DNA of 63,968 nucleotides, counting the filler, from Octopus bimaculoides (lineage: Eukaryota), in NCBI RefSeq assembly GCF_001194135.2. It is 6 parts of 6 records of this genome, joined end to end, with 100 filler letters (N's around TTAATTAATTAA, not from the genome) between each part and the next. Parts side by side here need not be neighbours in the genome. Positions count along the whole stretch, not along the records: positions 1 to 13,363 come from NC_069010.1; 5 more parts are not named here. The stretch is one strand, 5' to 3'. Numbering within the stretch: position 1 is the stretch's first letter; each line of letters opens with the position of its first letter. A program made the translations under genes and the position numbers. The notes beneath the pieces are model-generated. The model was not told the origin of the DNA. It worked only from the letters and a program-made list of their open reading frames with translations, and searched no databases. Below are positions 1-10,234 of this stretch, in pieces.

Positions 1-134
1 ATGCTAGAATGGAAAGCGGGCGTTAAACGATGATGATAAATTGTATTAAAAAAAAATTAAAATACTTTGTGTATTATAGAAGTATTTATTCGGATATAAA
101 TAAATAAAATAAATATATATATATGTAAGTAAGT

Positions 135-521
135 AAGATCGTTGCCAGTGCCCCTGGACTGGCTCTAGTGCGGGTGGCACATGAGATGCACCATTTTGAG
201 CGTGGCCGTTGCCAGTACCGCCTGACTGGCTCCCGTAGGATTTTTGAACGAGATCGTTGCCAATGCCCCTGGACTGGCTCTTGTGCGGGTGGCACATAAA
301 AGACACCATTTCGAGCGTGGCTGTTTTCGTGCGGGTGACACGTAAAAGCACCCACTACACTCTCTGAGTGGTTGGCGTTAGGAAGGGCATCCAGCTGTAG
401 AAACTTTGCCAGATCAGATTGGAGCCTGGTGCAGCCATCTGGTTCACCAGTCCTCAGTCAAATCGTCCAACCCATGCTAGAATGGAAAGCGGGCGTTAAA
501 CGATGATGATGATGATGATGA
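135..521 (+). mobile_element. RTE LINE 3' UTR fragment ending in (GAT)n
   Basis: Same tail as 10235-10456, with internal approximately 60-bp gccagt...gactggct...ggcac subrepeats. Confidence 0.8.
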
Positions 522-1049
522 TAAATTGTATTAAAAAAAAATTAAAATACTTTGTGTATTATAGAAGTATTTATTCGGATATAAATAAATAAAATAAATA
601 TATATATATATATGGAGGAACTTTACATGAAGGTGAGAAACATATGACTTCCTGAGACAAAATGGAAAAGAGTGACCGATACCTGAACGATTTGCTTTTC
701 TCAACCCGATGAGCAGTGCAGCCTGGGCTGGTTGCTGAATAAGCCATGTCGCCACCAAGATGTCACAGCATTTGACATCCCAGATGAGGGACCCACCACA
801 TGGAACAGGAAAACGGTCATACTGTCAGGCCTTTTACCATCCCCTTGGTCTAGCCCTGCTGGCTCAAGCTGGGAAGTACAGCCAGTTTATTGCAGATTGA
901 TATTAACAAAATCTTATATAGCCCCTCCATGGGCCATGTGGAACCACTGATATAGACTTTCAGTAGATGTGCATGGGTCAGGTTTGACTATGTTGGCTGA
1001 TAGCTTCTTTAACCCTTTTCATACCAATCCATGTGAGACCACCCCCACT

Positions 1050-1554
1050 GGTTCTATATGACCATGCCTTCCAATCCAGTTAGGGGAAATTGTCATTCAG
1101 CCAATCTCTGACCACTGTGACAAAGTGGACAGGGGCACCATCCAGTTGGAACCACTCGGAAAGTCCTTCACCTTGCCTTTCAAGCTGGGCCATTAACTGG
1201 TCTCTCAACGTAGCAACATAAGTCTCACCAGTTACATGTTCATCAAAGAAAAATAGCCCCAACACATGAGCTTTCCACAAACCATACCACGCCATAATGT
1301 TTTGCGTTCCTTGCTGTTTGGAATGGTCCACTGAATGCAGATTACTCTGCGTCTGGTATTGAGCATTCTGCCTGTTAACCTCACCATTTGCATAAAACAA
1401 AGCTTCATTGCTGAACAACAGTCTTCAGTAAAATGGGTTTTTCATCCAATTTATTGAAATAAACCATTCCAATTGACATCTCAAGTCTTCTATCAGGGTC
1501 ATCTGTTAAGTGATGCAAGATTTGTAACTTGTACAGGTGAAACTGGTTTTCTTT
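1050..1554 (-). mobile_element. Tc1/mariner-superfamily transposase relic, catalytic part
   Basis: FHLYKLQILHHLTDDPDRRLE ... FSNEALFYANGEVNRQN ... WYGLW..VLGLFFFDEHVTGETY..LRDQLM ... WFQLDGAPVH...VRDWLNDNFP / WIGRHG, with frameshifts. Confidence 0.88.
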
Positions 1555-1929
1555 TTAACCCTTTACCATTTAAACTGGCCATGTCCAGCCAAAATAGTCC
1601 AGGTGTTTTATGTTCAAATTAGTCAGATCTGGCCCTCTTACACCTATCCTACAGTGTCGTTCGAAAAATAAACACCATTGAAATCTTAAAGCTATGAGAT
1701 AATGCATGATTAATTGAAAATGTGAATAAATAAGCATTGCATTTGGCAGAATAACCTGGATGCTAAATGGTTATACATATTTCAGACATAGGGTGTGGTT
1801 TGAGAGATTTGACTGCTATTTCTAACAGGAATTACTACCATGAAGAGGTCTCCTTCCTTGCTTCGTACATAGATATATAACCCTTTAACATTTAAACTGG
1901 CCGTATCTCACTCAAATACTCAACCTGTA

Positions 1930-2497
1930 AAGAATGAAGTTTTGAATGGTACAACAATGCACTATAATACCAAAAAATGGACTATATACCTGTTGTAATT
2001 TAGTTATCCATAGTCCGTTGATATTTTGGAATACAATTATTCCTTCTTCAGATATTCTTAGATGGAGTCGCTGCTATAATCCGTTTTCCAAAGGCTTTTC
2101 TTTTTTCGGAAGCGTTTCAGTAGTGGTCTCACGAAGCTTCTTCCGGAATTCCTCATGAGAAGTGCGTGAGGTCTGCTATGTCTCAATCTAGTGTGTGTCG
2201 GTACATCTGTAGCGCTGCTTCTAAGTTATGTTATACGTGCAGCTTCCCCTTTTTAAACCCCTTCTTTTTTTTTTGTTATTAAGAATGAACCTACACACAT
2301 CCAGATGTAGCTAAATAACATATTGATTACCAACCTCCAGCCTGTTGTTAATTTGGGGTCCTAGTCTGTGTATGAGTAAAGCTTCCTTAATTCTTAAATT
2401 ACCCAAATTTCTTTCATTGGCCTCAACTGTGACTGTTATGCTTTTGTCAGTGTTCCGGCATCTGTCTAGATGCTTTCTGAAGGAGGAGGCTCTCGTG
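1930..2497 (-). mobile_element. 3' fragment of a Penelope-like retroelement (GIY-YIG C-terminus plus 3' pseudo-LTR region)
   Basis: SSFRKHLDRCRNTDKSITVTVEANERNLGNLRIKEALLIHRLGPQINNRLE has the PLE GIY-YIG terminal pattern (L.I.EAL.I....P.IN). A hammerhead-like motif lies downstream on the same strand. Confidence 0.7.
2020..2051 (-). ncRNA. Minimal type I hammerhead-ribozyme-like motif (degenerate)
   Basis: CTGAAGA-A-GGAATA[ATTG]TATTCC-AAAA-TA-TC: perfect 6-bp stem II, GAAA mutated to AAAA, palindromic AUAU in place of stem III. Confidence 0.55.
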
Positions 2498-2656
2498 TTC
2501 ATGTTTAAACTGGCCAGATCCAGCCTCTCACACCTACCACACACTATCAATCAAAAAACAAACGATCACATTATTGTAATCTCAAAGCTATGATAATAAA
2601 GGATTAATTAAAAAAAAAGTAATACATTTGACAGAATATGGATGGTAAAGGGTTAA

Positions 2657-2813
2657 GATTATAACTGCAGTTTGTTTTGGGAACACCCAGCTTCACAGAT
2701 GCCCTGCAAAGTGATTTTTGGTGGGGGTGGCTAGCATAAATTTTAGCCATGACAGTTTCTTTCATTTCTTCCGATACATTTTGGTCATACAGAATGGGGT
2801 TTGTCCATGACAC
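2657..2813 (-). mobile_element. N-terminal (HTH) part of the same Tc1/mariner transposase
   Basis: VSEEMKETV....ASHPHQKSLCRASVKLGVPK resembles the SPKKSLRRASRELGVPK motif. It joins the 1050-1554 piece at roughly the expected spacing if 1559-2656 is removed. Confidence 0.65.
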
Positions 2814-3279
2814 TGCCCCAATTCTTTAAACTTATTGACCACCTTCACCCTCATCGAAAAGCCACGTGGGATCCTCCTCAGGTGATAACGCATTAAAAAC
2901 TTCTGCTATCTTTCAACATGGCCGTCCTTCATGTCGACTAAGAAGTACCAGCCCATTTCTTTTTTTCTTTCACCGAAGCCATATTTAATCTGTGGAGGCA
3001 AAAAAAAATATAAAGCAGGTAAAAAACATACAAGTAAAATATATAGAATATATAGATAAAAAAATATAGTTAATGAAATTTCTTGTGTGCAGGGTACAGA
3101 CTTTAGGGACACCATATATGCATGTATGTTATGTGTAACGCCGATGTGATATAATTTCTTGGGAGAGAAATACTTTTGCGGCTGAAGATAGCTTTGTATT
3201 GTCAATTATACACTGATATAAAGCTTGAAGCACGTGTACCGCAGAATCCTTTGTGTTTTTGTTATTTTTTGCATTTACA

Positions 3280-3319
<40 letters not shown>

Positions 3320-4366
3320 TCTGTAAAAATATGTGACACTTATTCAGTGNNNNNNNNNNNNNNNNNNNNNNNNNNNNNNNNNNNNNNNNNNNNNNNNNNN
3401 NNNNNNNNNNNNNNNNNNNNNNNNNNNNNNNNNNNNNNNNNNNNNNNNNNNNNNNNNNNNNNNNNNNNNNNNNNNNNNNNNNNNNNNNNNNNNNNNNNNN
3501 NNNNNNNNNNNNNNNNNNNNNNNNNNNNNNNNNNNNNNNNNNNNNNNNNNNNNNNNNNNNNNNNNNNNNNNNNNNNNNNNNNNNNNNNNNNNNNNNNNNN
3601 NNNNNNNNNNNNNNNNNNNNNNNNNNNNNNNNNNNNNNNNNNNNNNNNNNNNNNNNNNNNNNNNNNNNNNNNNNNNNNNNNNNNNNNNNNNNNNNNNNNN
3701 NNNNNNNNNNNNNNNNNNNNNNNNNNNNNNNNNNNNNNNNNNNNNNNNNNNNNNNNNNNNNNNNNNNNNNNNNNNNNNNNNNNNNNNNNNNNNNNNNNNN
3801 NNNNNNNNNNNNNNNNNNNNNNNNNNNNNNNNNNNNNNNNNNNNNNNNNNNNNNNNNNNNNNNNNNNNNNNNNNNNNNNNNNNNNNNNNNNNNNNNNNNN
3901 NNNNNNNNNNNNNNNNNNNNNNNNNNNNNNNNNNNNNNNNNNNNNNNNNNNNNNNNNNNNNNNNNNNNNNNNNNNNNNNNNNNNNNNNNNNNNNNNNNNN
4001 NNNNNNNNNNNNNNNNNNNNNNNNNNNNNNNNNNNNNNNNNNNNNNNNNNNNNNNNNNNNNNNNNNNNNNNNNNNNNNNNNNNNNNNNNNNNNNNNNNNN
4101 NNNNNNNNNNNNNNNNNNNNNNNNNNNNNNNNNNNNNNNNNNNNNNNNNNNNNNNNNNNNNNNNNNNNNNNNNNNNNNNNNNNNNNNNNNNNNNNNNNNN
4201 NNNNNNNNNNNNNNNNNNNNNNNNNNNNNNNNNNNNNNNNNNNNNNNNNNNNNNNNNNNNNNNNNNNNNNNNNNNNNNNNNNNNNNNNNNNNNNNNNNNN
4301 NCATTTGAACTCGTTGCTAAGCATTTTGCCCAGCATTACTACCTATTCCATTAGCTCACCACCTTC

Positions 4367-4408
<42 letters not shown>

Positions 4409-5130
4409 CCTTTCTACTAAAGGTACAAGGCCTGAAATTTGGTGGGAGGGGACTGGTTGATTACATCAACCCCAGTATTCCACTGGTACTTAATTTATCA
4501 ACCCCAAAGAATGATAATAATAATAATAATAATAATACTAGACCTACATCAATTAGTTTGGTATGTTGGCTGGGAAAGTGTTTTTTACATTGCTTGGCTG
4601 AGAGCATTGGTCCAGTCATCACCATCATCATCAACATCATCATCCTGTGATTTCTATTAATCAAAAACGAAACATAAATTAACCACAAATTAGAGAATTA
4701 TTTTCGATGCGTCAGACATTGCATGGATTAAAACATTAACAGCCGAAAAAATGACAAGAGCAGAATTTGCGACGATAAAGATGAGGTTGTGGGGCACTTT
4801 ACGAATGAATGCACGATGATATGATGCTGGCCAAAACTGAATACAAAAGATGTGATAATAATCACAGGGAGGAATTATTAGAGGGTGCATGGCAAGTATG
4901 GATTGGATAGAATTGCGGTTCTCAAAGACGTGGCATGGGCAAATACCAGAAAGAGTAACTGAGAGTGACAAGATAAAGATGATGAGGGATATATCTGGAC
5001 TTGAACCTGGAAAGATGGATCTAGTGATGGTGAATAAAGAGGAAAATGACTGGTTTAATTGTAGGTATTAAGTCTTTACTTATTGCTACCCAGGCATTAA
5101 AAGTATTTGGTAATCATGCATGTAGGCACA

Positions 5131-5290
5131 GGAGTGGCTGTGTGGTAAGTAACTTGCTTACAAATCACATGGTTCCGGGTTCAGTCCCACTGCATGGCAC
5201 CTTGGGCAAGTGTCTTCTACTATAGCCTCGGGCCGACCAAAGCCTTGTGAGTGGATCTGGTAGATGGAAACTGAAAGAAGCCCGTCGTAT
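5131..5290 (+). mobile_element. Type A SINE, 5' half
   Basis: ggagtggctgtgtggtaagt...gaaagaagcccgtcg. Further partial copies at about 6365-6505, 32038-32200, 32700-32940, 33945-34055, 43425-43650 and 44380-44520. Confidence 0.75.
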
Positions 5291-5599
5291 ATATATTCTA
5301 TATTCTATATAAGATACTATATTCTTTTGCCAAATTTTTGGTGTAAAAAAATATATTTAAACATACACACACAAGCAACAAAAAAAAACCAACTATTTAT
5401 ATTGTTATATAGTGAAAATCATTTTTTTAAAGTGGTGCTGTGTTGACAGACTTGCACTTAAAATTCCTGTGTTTTTAATCAAAACTTGTTAGTTACTACG
5501 GAGACAACACTACCTTATATATCTATCTTTCATACACACACACACACACACTCTCTATCTCACTGTATTATATACTCTCTCAGCAACTTTTTCTCCTCC

Positions 5600-5641
5600 C
5601 TATATATCTTGCGATGGACAGACAGAGATCAGCTTCTCTTT
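5600..5641 (-). CDS. Possible short terminal SLX1 exon (KEKLISVCPSQDI*)
   Basis: Phase-0 AG after a T-rich stretch (tttttatttttcaaaatgaagcag|AAA) gives 13 codons and TAG. There is no motif support, and the true exon could lie in the N gap at 3350-4301. Confidence 0.2.
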   Translation of the reverse strand, partial: KEKLISVCPSQDI

Positions 5642-6098
5642 CTGCTTCATTTTGAAAAATAAAAATTTACTTTATGGTTTATTATTTAAGAGCCATCTGC
5701 CACAGCAGAATTGATACTGGTGCTGGTGTCACACAAAGCACTCATGTTGGTGCCATGTTAAAAGCATCTAGTACACTTTATTGAATGGTTGGCATTTAGA
5801 AGGACATCCAGCCATAGAAACCATGCCAGAACAGACAATGGAGCTTGGTGCAGCCCCTGGCCTTATCAGCATTGGTCAGATTGTCCGACACATGTCAGCA
5901 AGGAAAAACAGACATTAACTGATGATGATGATGATAATGATGATATATATGGGAGCACTGGAATCTTTTAAGTGCTTAGGGCCTCCATGGGTCTTAATCC
6001 GACCCTGCCTGTATTACATCAACCCCCCCCCCCACAAAAAAACCCCTCAAAAAACAGACCCATCCCTCCAGGAATTACCATAATATCTGTATACTTAC

Positions 6099-6299
6099 AG
6101 TGAGACTCTGGTAGCAGCCTTTCTTGAGTCGTATCAGATCCCCCCACAAGAGTTCCTGGTGACAAACAGGGCAGTTACCATCAACAGGTAAGATAGACAG
6201 CGTGTCTTCAAGGAGATTCTTGGAGAGAAAATGTTTAGCGAGGCATATAATATGACTCCTTGCTCTACAGCTGAGACATTTTAGCTCAGCCAAGTTATC
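6099..6299 (-). CDS. SLX1: SLX1 coding exon 4 (RING/Zn-binding domain, 201 nt)
   Basis: Acceptor tttacag|GAT. Reads DNLAELKCLSCRARSHIICLAKHFL...LPVDGNCPVCHQELLWGDLIRLKKGCYQSLT, then donor ACT|GTAAGT. HxxCLAxxFL, CPxC and LWGDLI match the SLX1 C-terminal domain. Confidence 0.93.
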
Positions 6300-6516
6300 C
6301 TGTAAACGAGAAATCAAAATTTTCCATAATTTACTACACCAGAATAATTTTTTAATTACAAGTGTTGGCATGGCTGTCTGGTAAGATGTTTGCTTCCTAA
6401 CCACATGGCTCTGGATTCAGTCCCACTGCATGGCACCTTGGGCAGCCTCAGGCCAACTGAAGCTTTCTGAGTGAATCTGGTAGATGGAAACTGAAAGAAG
6501 TCCATTATATATATAT

Positions 6517-6554
<38 letters not shown>

Positions 6555-7029
6555 NNNNNNNNNNNNNNNNNNNNNNNNNNNNNNNNNNNNNNNNNNNNNN
6601 NNNNNNNNNNNNNNNNNNNNNNNNNNNNNNNNNNNNNNNNNNNNNNNNNNNNNNNNNNNNNNNNNNNNNNNNNNNNNNNNNNNNNNNNNNNNNNNNNNNN
6701 NNNNNNNNNNNNNNNNNNNNNNNNNNNNNNNNNNNNNNNNNNNNNNNNNNNNNNNNNNNNNNNNNNNNNNNNNNNNNNNNNNNNNNNNNNNNNNNNNNNN
6801 NNNNNNNNNNNNNNNNNNNNNNNNNNNNNNNNNNNNNNNNNNNNNNNNNNNNNNNNNNNNNNGTGTGTTTACATCCCTGTAACTTAGCAGTTCAGCAAAA
6901 GCGACCGATAGAATAAGTACCAGACTTTAAAACAAATAAGTACTGGTGGAGTTCGATATATTCAACTGAAAATTCTTCAAGGTGGTGCCCCAGCTTGGCC
7001 ACAGTCGAATGACTGAAACAAGTAAAAGT

Positions 7030-7808
7030 GGGGAGGAGCCTTGAAGATCATGAGAGTAGTGGACCGCCAATTAAAGACCGTCATTGAGAAAGATCCACAT
7101 AAAACTACTTGGGAACTGGCAAAAAGAACTTCAAATTAGCCAGAAAACTGCCTGCAACCATTTGCATGCAACAGGAAATCAAAAACGCTTGATAAATGTG
7201 TACCACATGATTTGAATAAAAATCAGAAAATGCGAAAATATGAAATCTGCTCGTTGCTTCTTCTCCGTAACCAGGCCAATCCATTTCTCGACCTTATTGT
7301 AACTTGCGATGAAAGATGGATTGTGTACAATACTAAAAAACCGTTCTTCGCAGCGGTTGGACCAAAATGAAGCACCAAAAACCTTCCCTCAACCTGAACT
7401 CTTCAAAAAGAAGGTTATGGTGACTATTTGGTGGTGTACTGTTGGACTCATCCACTATAACTTCTTAAAACCTTGGAAAAACCATTACTGCAGAAACATA
7501 TTGCCATGAAATTGCCAAAATGAACTAAAAACTGCTACTCCTCTGTCCCAGTCTGGTCAACAGAAGAGGGACAATGCTCGACCACACGTTTCACTAATGA
7601 TGCTCCAGAAGTTGAGGGAACTTGGTTACAAAGTTCTTCCCTAAGACCTTTCTCCTACTGACTACTACTTTTTGAAGCACCTTGATGGTTTCCTGCAAAA
7701 GAAGGAGTTCAAAAATCAAACCGGTGCTGAAAGTGCATTCAAAGAGTTCATCAGCTCCAGAATTCTAGATTTTTATGTTACTGGAATAAACAAACTTGTA
7801 TCTCATTA
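7030..7808 (+). mobile_element. mariner (DD34D, Hsmar1/cecropia-like) transposase pseudogene
   Basis: IEKDPHKTTWELAK; LDKCVPHDL (WVPHEL motif); PFLDLIVTCDERWIVY; KKVMVTIWW...GLIHYNFL; DNARPHV; DLSPTDYYFLKHLDGFL; FYVTGINKL. Many frameshifts. Confidence 0.92.
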
Positions 7809-8038
7809 TTTACATTTGACGGATAATTGTCCTCATCTTGTTTGTTGTTAACACGTTTCAGCTGATATACCCTCCAGCCTTCATCAGGTGTCTTGGGGAA
7901 ATTTCGAACCTGGGTTCTCATTCCTAAGGTATTTTTTGATGCTATTATTATTATTCTTATTCAGGTCACTGCCTGGAATTGAACTCAGAATCTTGGGGTT
8001 AGTAGCCCGCGCTCTTAACCACTACACCATATGCCCAT
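7805..8038 (-). mobile_element. tRNA-derived SINE-like element with a 3' hammerhead-like motif
   Basis: Head GGGCATATGGTGTAGTGGTTAAGAGCGCGGGCTACTAACCCCAAGATTCTGAGTTCAATTCC has A-box-like and B-box-like motifs. It is followed by a (TAA)-rich linker and then gacac-CTGATGA-A-GGCTG[gagggtatat]CAGCT-GAAAC-gtgtt. Confidence 0.7.
7850..7892 (-). ncRNA. Minimal type I hammerhead-ribozyme-like motif
   Basis: Exact CUGAUGA (7887-7881) and GAAA (7859-7856), 5-bp stem II, stem I gacac/gtgtt. The U16.1/H17 cleavage-site bases appear to be deleted in this copy. Confidence 0.6.
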
Positions 8039-8236
8039 GGGCATATGGCATAGTAGTTAAGAACTGGAAAACTCTTAGGAACAATATTTAAATGTTACAA
8101 GCTGTCAATAAGACTAGATGGCCACAGCTGGATTGCCTTTGATCCTCTATGTTAAGGGTTGGTCTGGAGGTTATAAATACACAAACACATTAATTGAAAC
8201 TCAAAATATAAAACAAAAACCTCCGTCAAAACTTAC

Positions 8237-8572
8237 CACAATCAGTTCGCGACAGACTGAGCAGGTGTTCAATTCTACGTCTAGGGCTGCAGTATCTGCA
8301 GGGGCCGACGTTTTGCTACTGGGGATCTTTTTGCTCTGTACGGGGCCATATACGATGGGCATGTGTGTCGGAGGGAGGAGTTTGGGAGGGAACTCCCTCT
8401 GATATTCCTGCTTCAACCATCGGATCGTCAACGGGAGACGTTTCCAGGGCCCCACACGTAACATCTCTCCAAGGACCCGCAGACGATAAGAGTACATCAG
8501 CTCGGAACTCTTTTTTGCAGGGAAATGTTTAAGACGGCGAGACTTGGTGGGATGTTGCCAGGCCCATTCAAA
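8237..8572 (-). CDS. SLX1: SLX1 coding exon 3 (336 nt)
   Basis: Acceptor ttacag|TTT. Reads FEWAWQHPTKSRRL...RVLGEMLRVGPWKRLPLTIRWL...LLPPTHMPIVYGPV...CSVCRELIV, then donor GTG|GTAAGT. FEWAWQHP and WxRLPLxxRWL are SLX1 hallmarks. Confidence 0.95.
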
Positions 8573-8734
8573 CTGTAATGAGAAAGAGAACGAGATGAGA
8601 ACAGCAACAACAACAACAACACTGAGCCAATGACAGAAGCTGTATACATTCATTTGACTTGCTAGAAATAACAGCCAAACCTCTATCAAATTACACATTA
8701 CCAGCTTAAACAACGGAAGATACATTAGATAATT

Positions 8735-9270
8735 TCTGAATACAAGACAGGATGGTCACAACTGGAACAGCTCTGATCATGGGTCTGCCGGATCAGGACT
8801 GACCTGGGGCTAAGCAAGGAAGGACACATTAGATAATGTAGTCCTAGATACACTATGTCTGAATAAAAGACAGGATGGTCACAGCTGGAACGTCTCTGAT
8901 CATGGGTCTGCCGGATCAGGACTGACCTGGGGCTAAGCAAGAAAGGACACATAAGATAATGTAGTCCTAGATACACTATGCCTGAATAAAAGACAGGATG
9001 GTCACAGCTGGAACGTCTCTGATCATAGGTCTGCCGGATCAGGACTGACCTGGGGCTAAGCAAGAAAGGACACATAAGATAATGTAGTCCTAGATACACT
9101 ATGTCTGAATAAACGACAGGATGGTCACAGTTGGAACATCTTTGATCAGAGGTCTGCTGGATCAGAAAAGACCTGGAGCTAAACAACAAAGAAGGACACA
9201 TTAGATAATGTAGTCCTAGATACACTATGTCTGAATAAAAGACAGGATGGTCACAGCCGGAACGTCCTTG
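8735..9270. repeat. 123-bp tandem repeat (about 4.3 copies) in SLX1 intron 2
   Basis: Unit starts (t/c)ctgaata at 8735, 8858, 8981, 9104 and 9230. The period is a multiple of 3, which explains spurious ORF 8725..9288. Confidence 0.95.
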
Positions 9271-9314
9271 GTCGTTGGTCCAAGACATGTAGCATTAAGT
9301 GTGGAATATATGTT

Positions 9315-9511
9315 CTTTTATTCTTTCATTTGTTTTGGTCATTTGACTGCGGCCATGCTGGAGCACTGCCTTTAGTCGAACAAATCAACCCCAGGACTTA
9401 TTCTTTGTAAGCCTAGTACTTATTTTATCGGTCTCTTTTGCCGAACCACTAAGTTACGGGGACGTAAACACACTAGCAAGTTGTCAAGCGATGGTGGGGG
9501 TACAAACACCG

Positions 9512-9542
<31 letters not shown>

Positions 9543-9660
9543 AATATATATATATATACGACGGGCTTCTTTCAGTTTCTGTCTACCAAATCCACTCACA
9601 AGGCTTTGGTCGGGCTCAAGGCTATAGTGGAAGACATTTGCCCAAGGTGCCACGCACCTT
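9315..9660 (-). mobile_element. Type A SINE in SLX1 intron 2
   Basis: Reverse complement of 53235-53645 (core and tail). Confidence 0.8.
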
Positions 9661-9823
9661 TTCTGGGCTGTAAATTTTGGTTTCAAGAGGTCAACTTGTA
9701 TACCAGAGGCTACGGTAAAGTAGATCACAAGGGCCTTAAAGGACTCGGCAATGATGTGTGACCCTAAATTAGTGAAGACACAGGACGTAGAGAAATATAA
9801 AAAATGGTTGGATGTTTACTTAC

Positions 9824-9875
9824 CCTCAAGGCTGAAATATTATTGGGAAAACCATGGACAATTAGCACCATTTCC
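9824..9875 (-). CDS. SLX1: SLX1 coding exon 2 (52 nt; too short for the ORF track)
   Basis: Acceptor cttctgtcccctag|G completes the Trp codon from exon 1. Reads (W)EMVLIVHGFPNNISALR, then donor AGG|GTAAGT. Phases match both neighbouring exons. Confidence 0.93.
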
Positions 9876-10234
9876 CTAGGGGACAGAAGAAAGAGAAAAG
9901 AAAGGGCTGAGTTGATAATGTTAATAAGTATGGGACAAATATTATTTTGTTATCTTCTGTAATGACTACCAGCTCGTTATTTCATATCATAACACGAGAT
10001 GATGCCTTCACAGACAAACTGATTTACTTAGTAAATGAAGACCATTTTATCTGACAACACCCTACCCACCCAAGCCATCAAATAAGAATAAGATTAATAA
10101 TAATAATAATAATAATAATCATGATAAATGATGTCGGACTCTCCCATCAAAGACAATGCATGTGCGTTCAGCTTTTGTCAAACGAACTGCACAAACGATT
10201 TGTTTACAGTGGCCAAATGTATATATATATATCA

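Larger units (their letters stand above)
1559..2652 (+). mobile_element. piggyBac-like TTAA-target composite MITE insertion
   Basis: TTAA at 1555-1558 and 2653-2656. Termini CCCTTTACCAT / ATGGTAAAGGG. Contains two copies of the same approximately 215-bp MITE (1559-1773; 1880-1928 plus about 2497-2652). Confidence 0.75.

Noticed and set aside
2050-2190. Minus-strand frame QTSRTSHEEFRKKLRE...SKNI* as the SLX1 last exon
   Set aside because: Weak acceptor, and it lies inside the Penelope fragment.
3282-4460. Long ORFs full of X (also around 10380-11286, 26530-26967, 41225-41762, 52094-52486 and 55246-56504)
   Set aside because: They exist only because N gaps contain no stop codons.
4690-5071. 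Purine-rich segment with short ORFs
   Set aside because: No recognisable motif; probably decayed TE sequence.
8725-9288. 187-aa repetitive ORF / CRISPR-like array
   Set aside because: A 123-bp head-to-tail repeat with no unique spacers. The frame stays open only because the period is divisible by 3, and the context is a eukaryotic intron.
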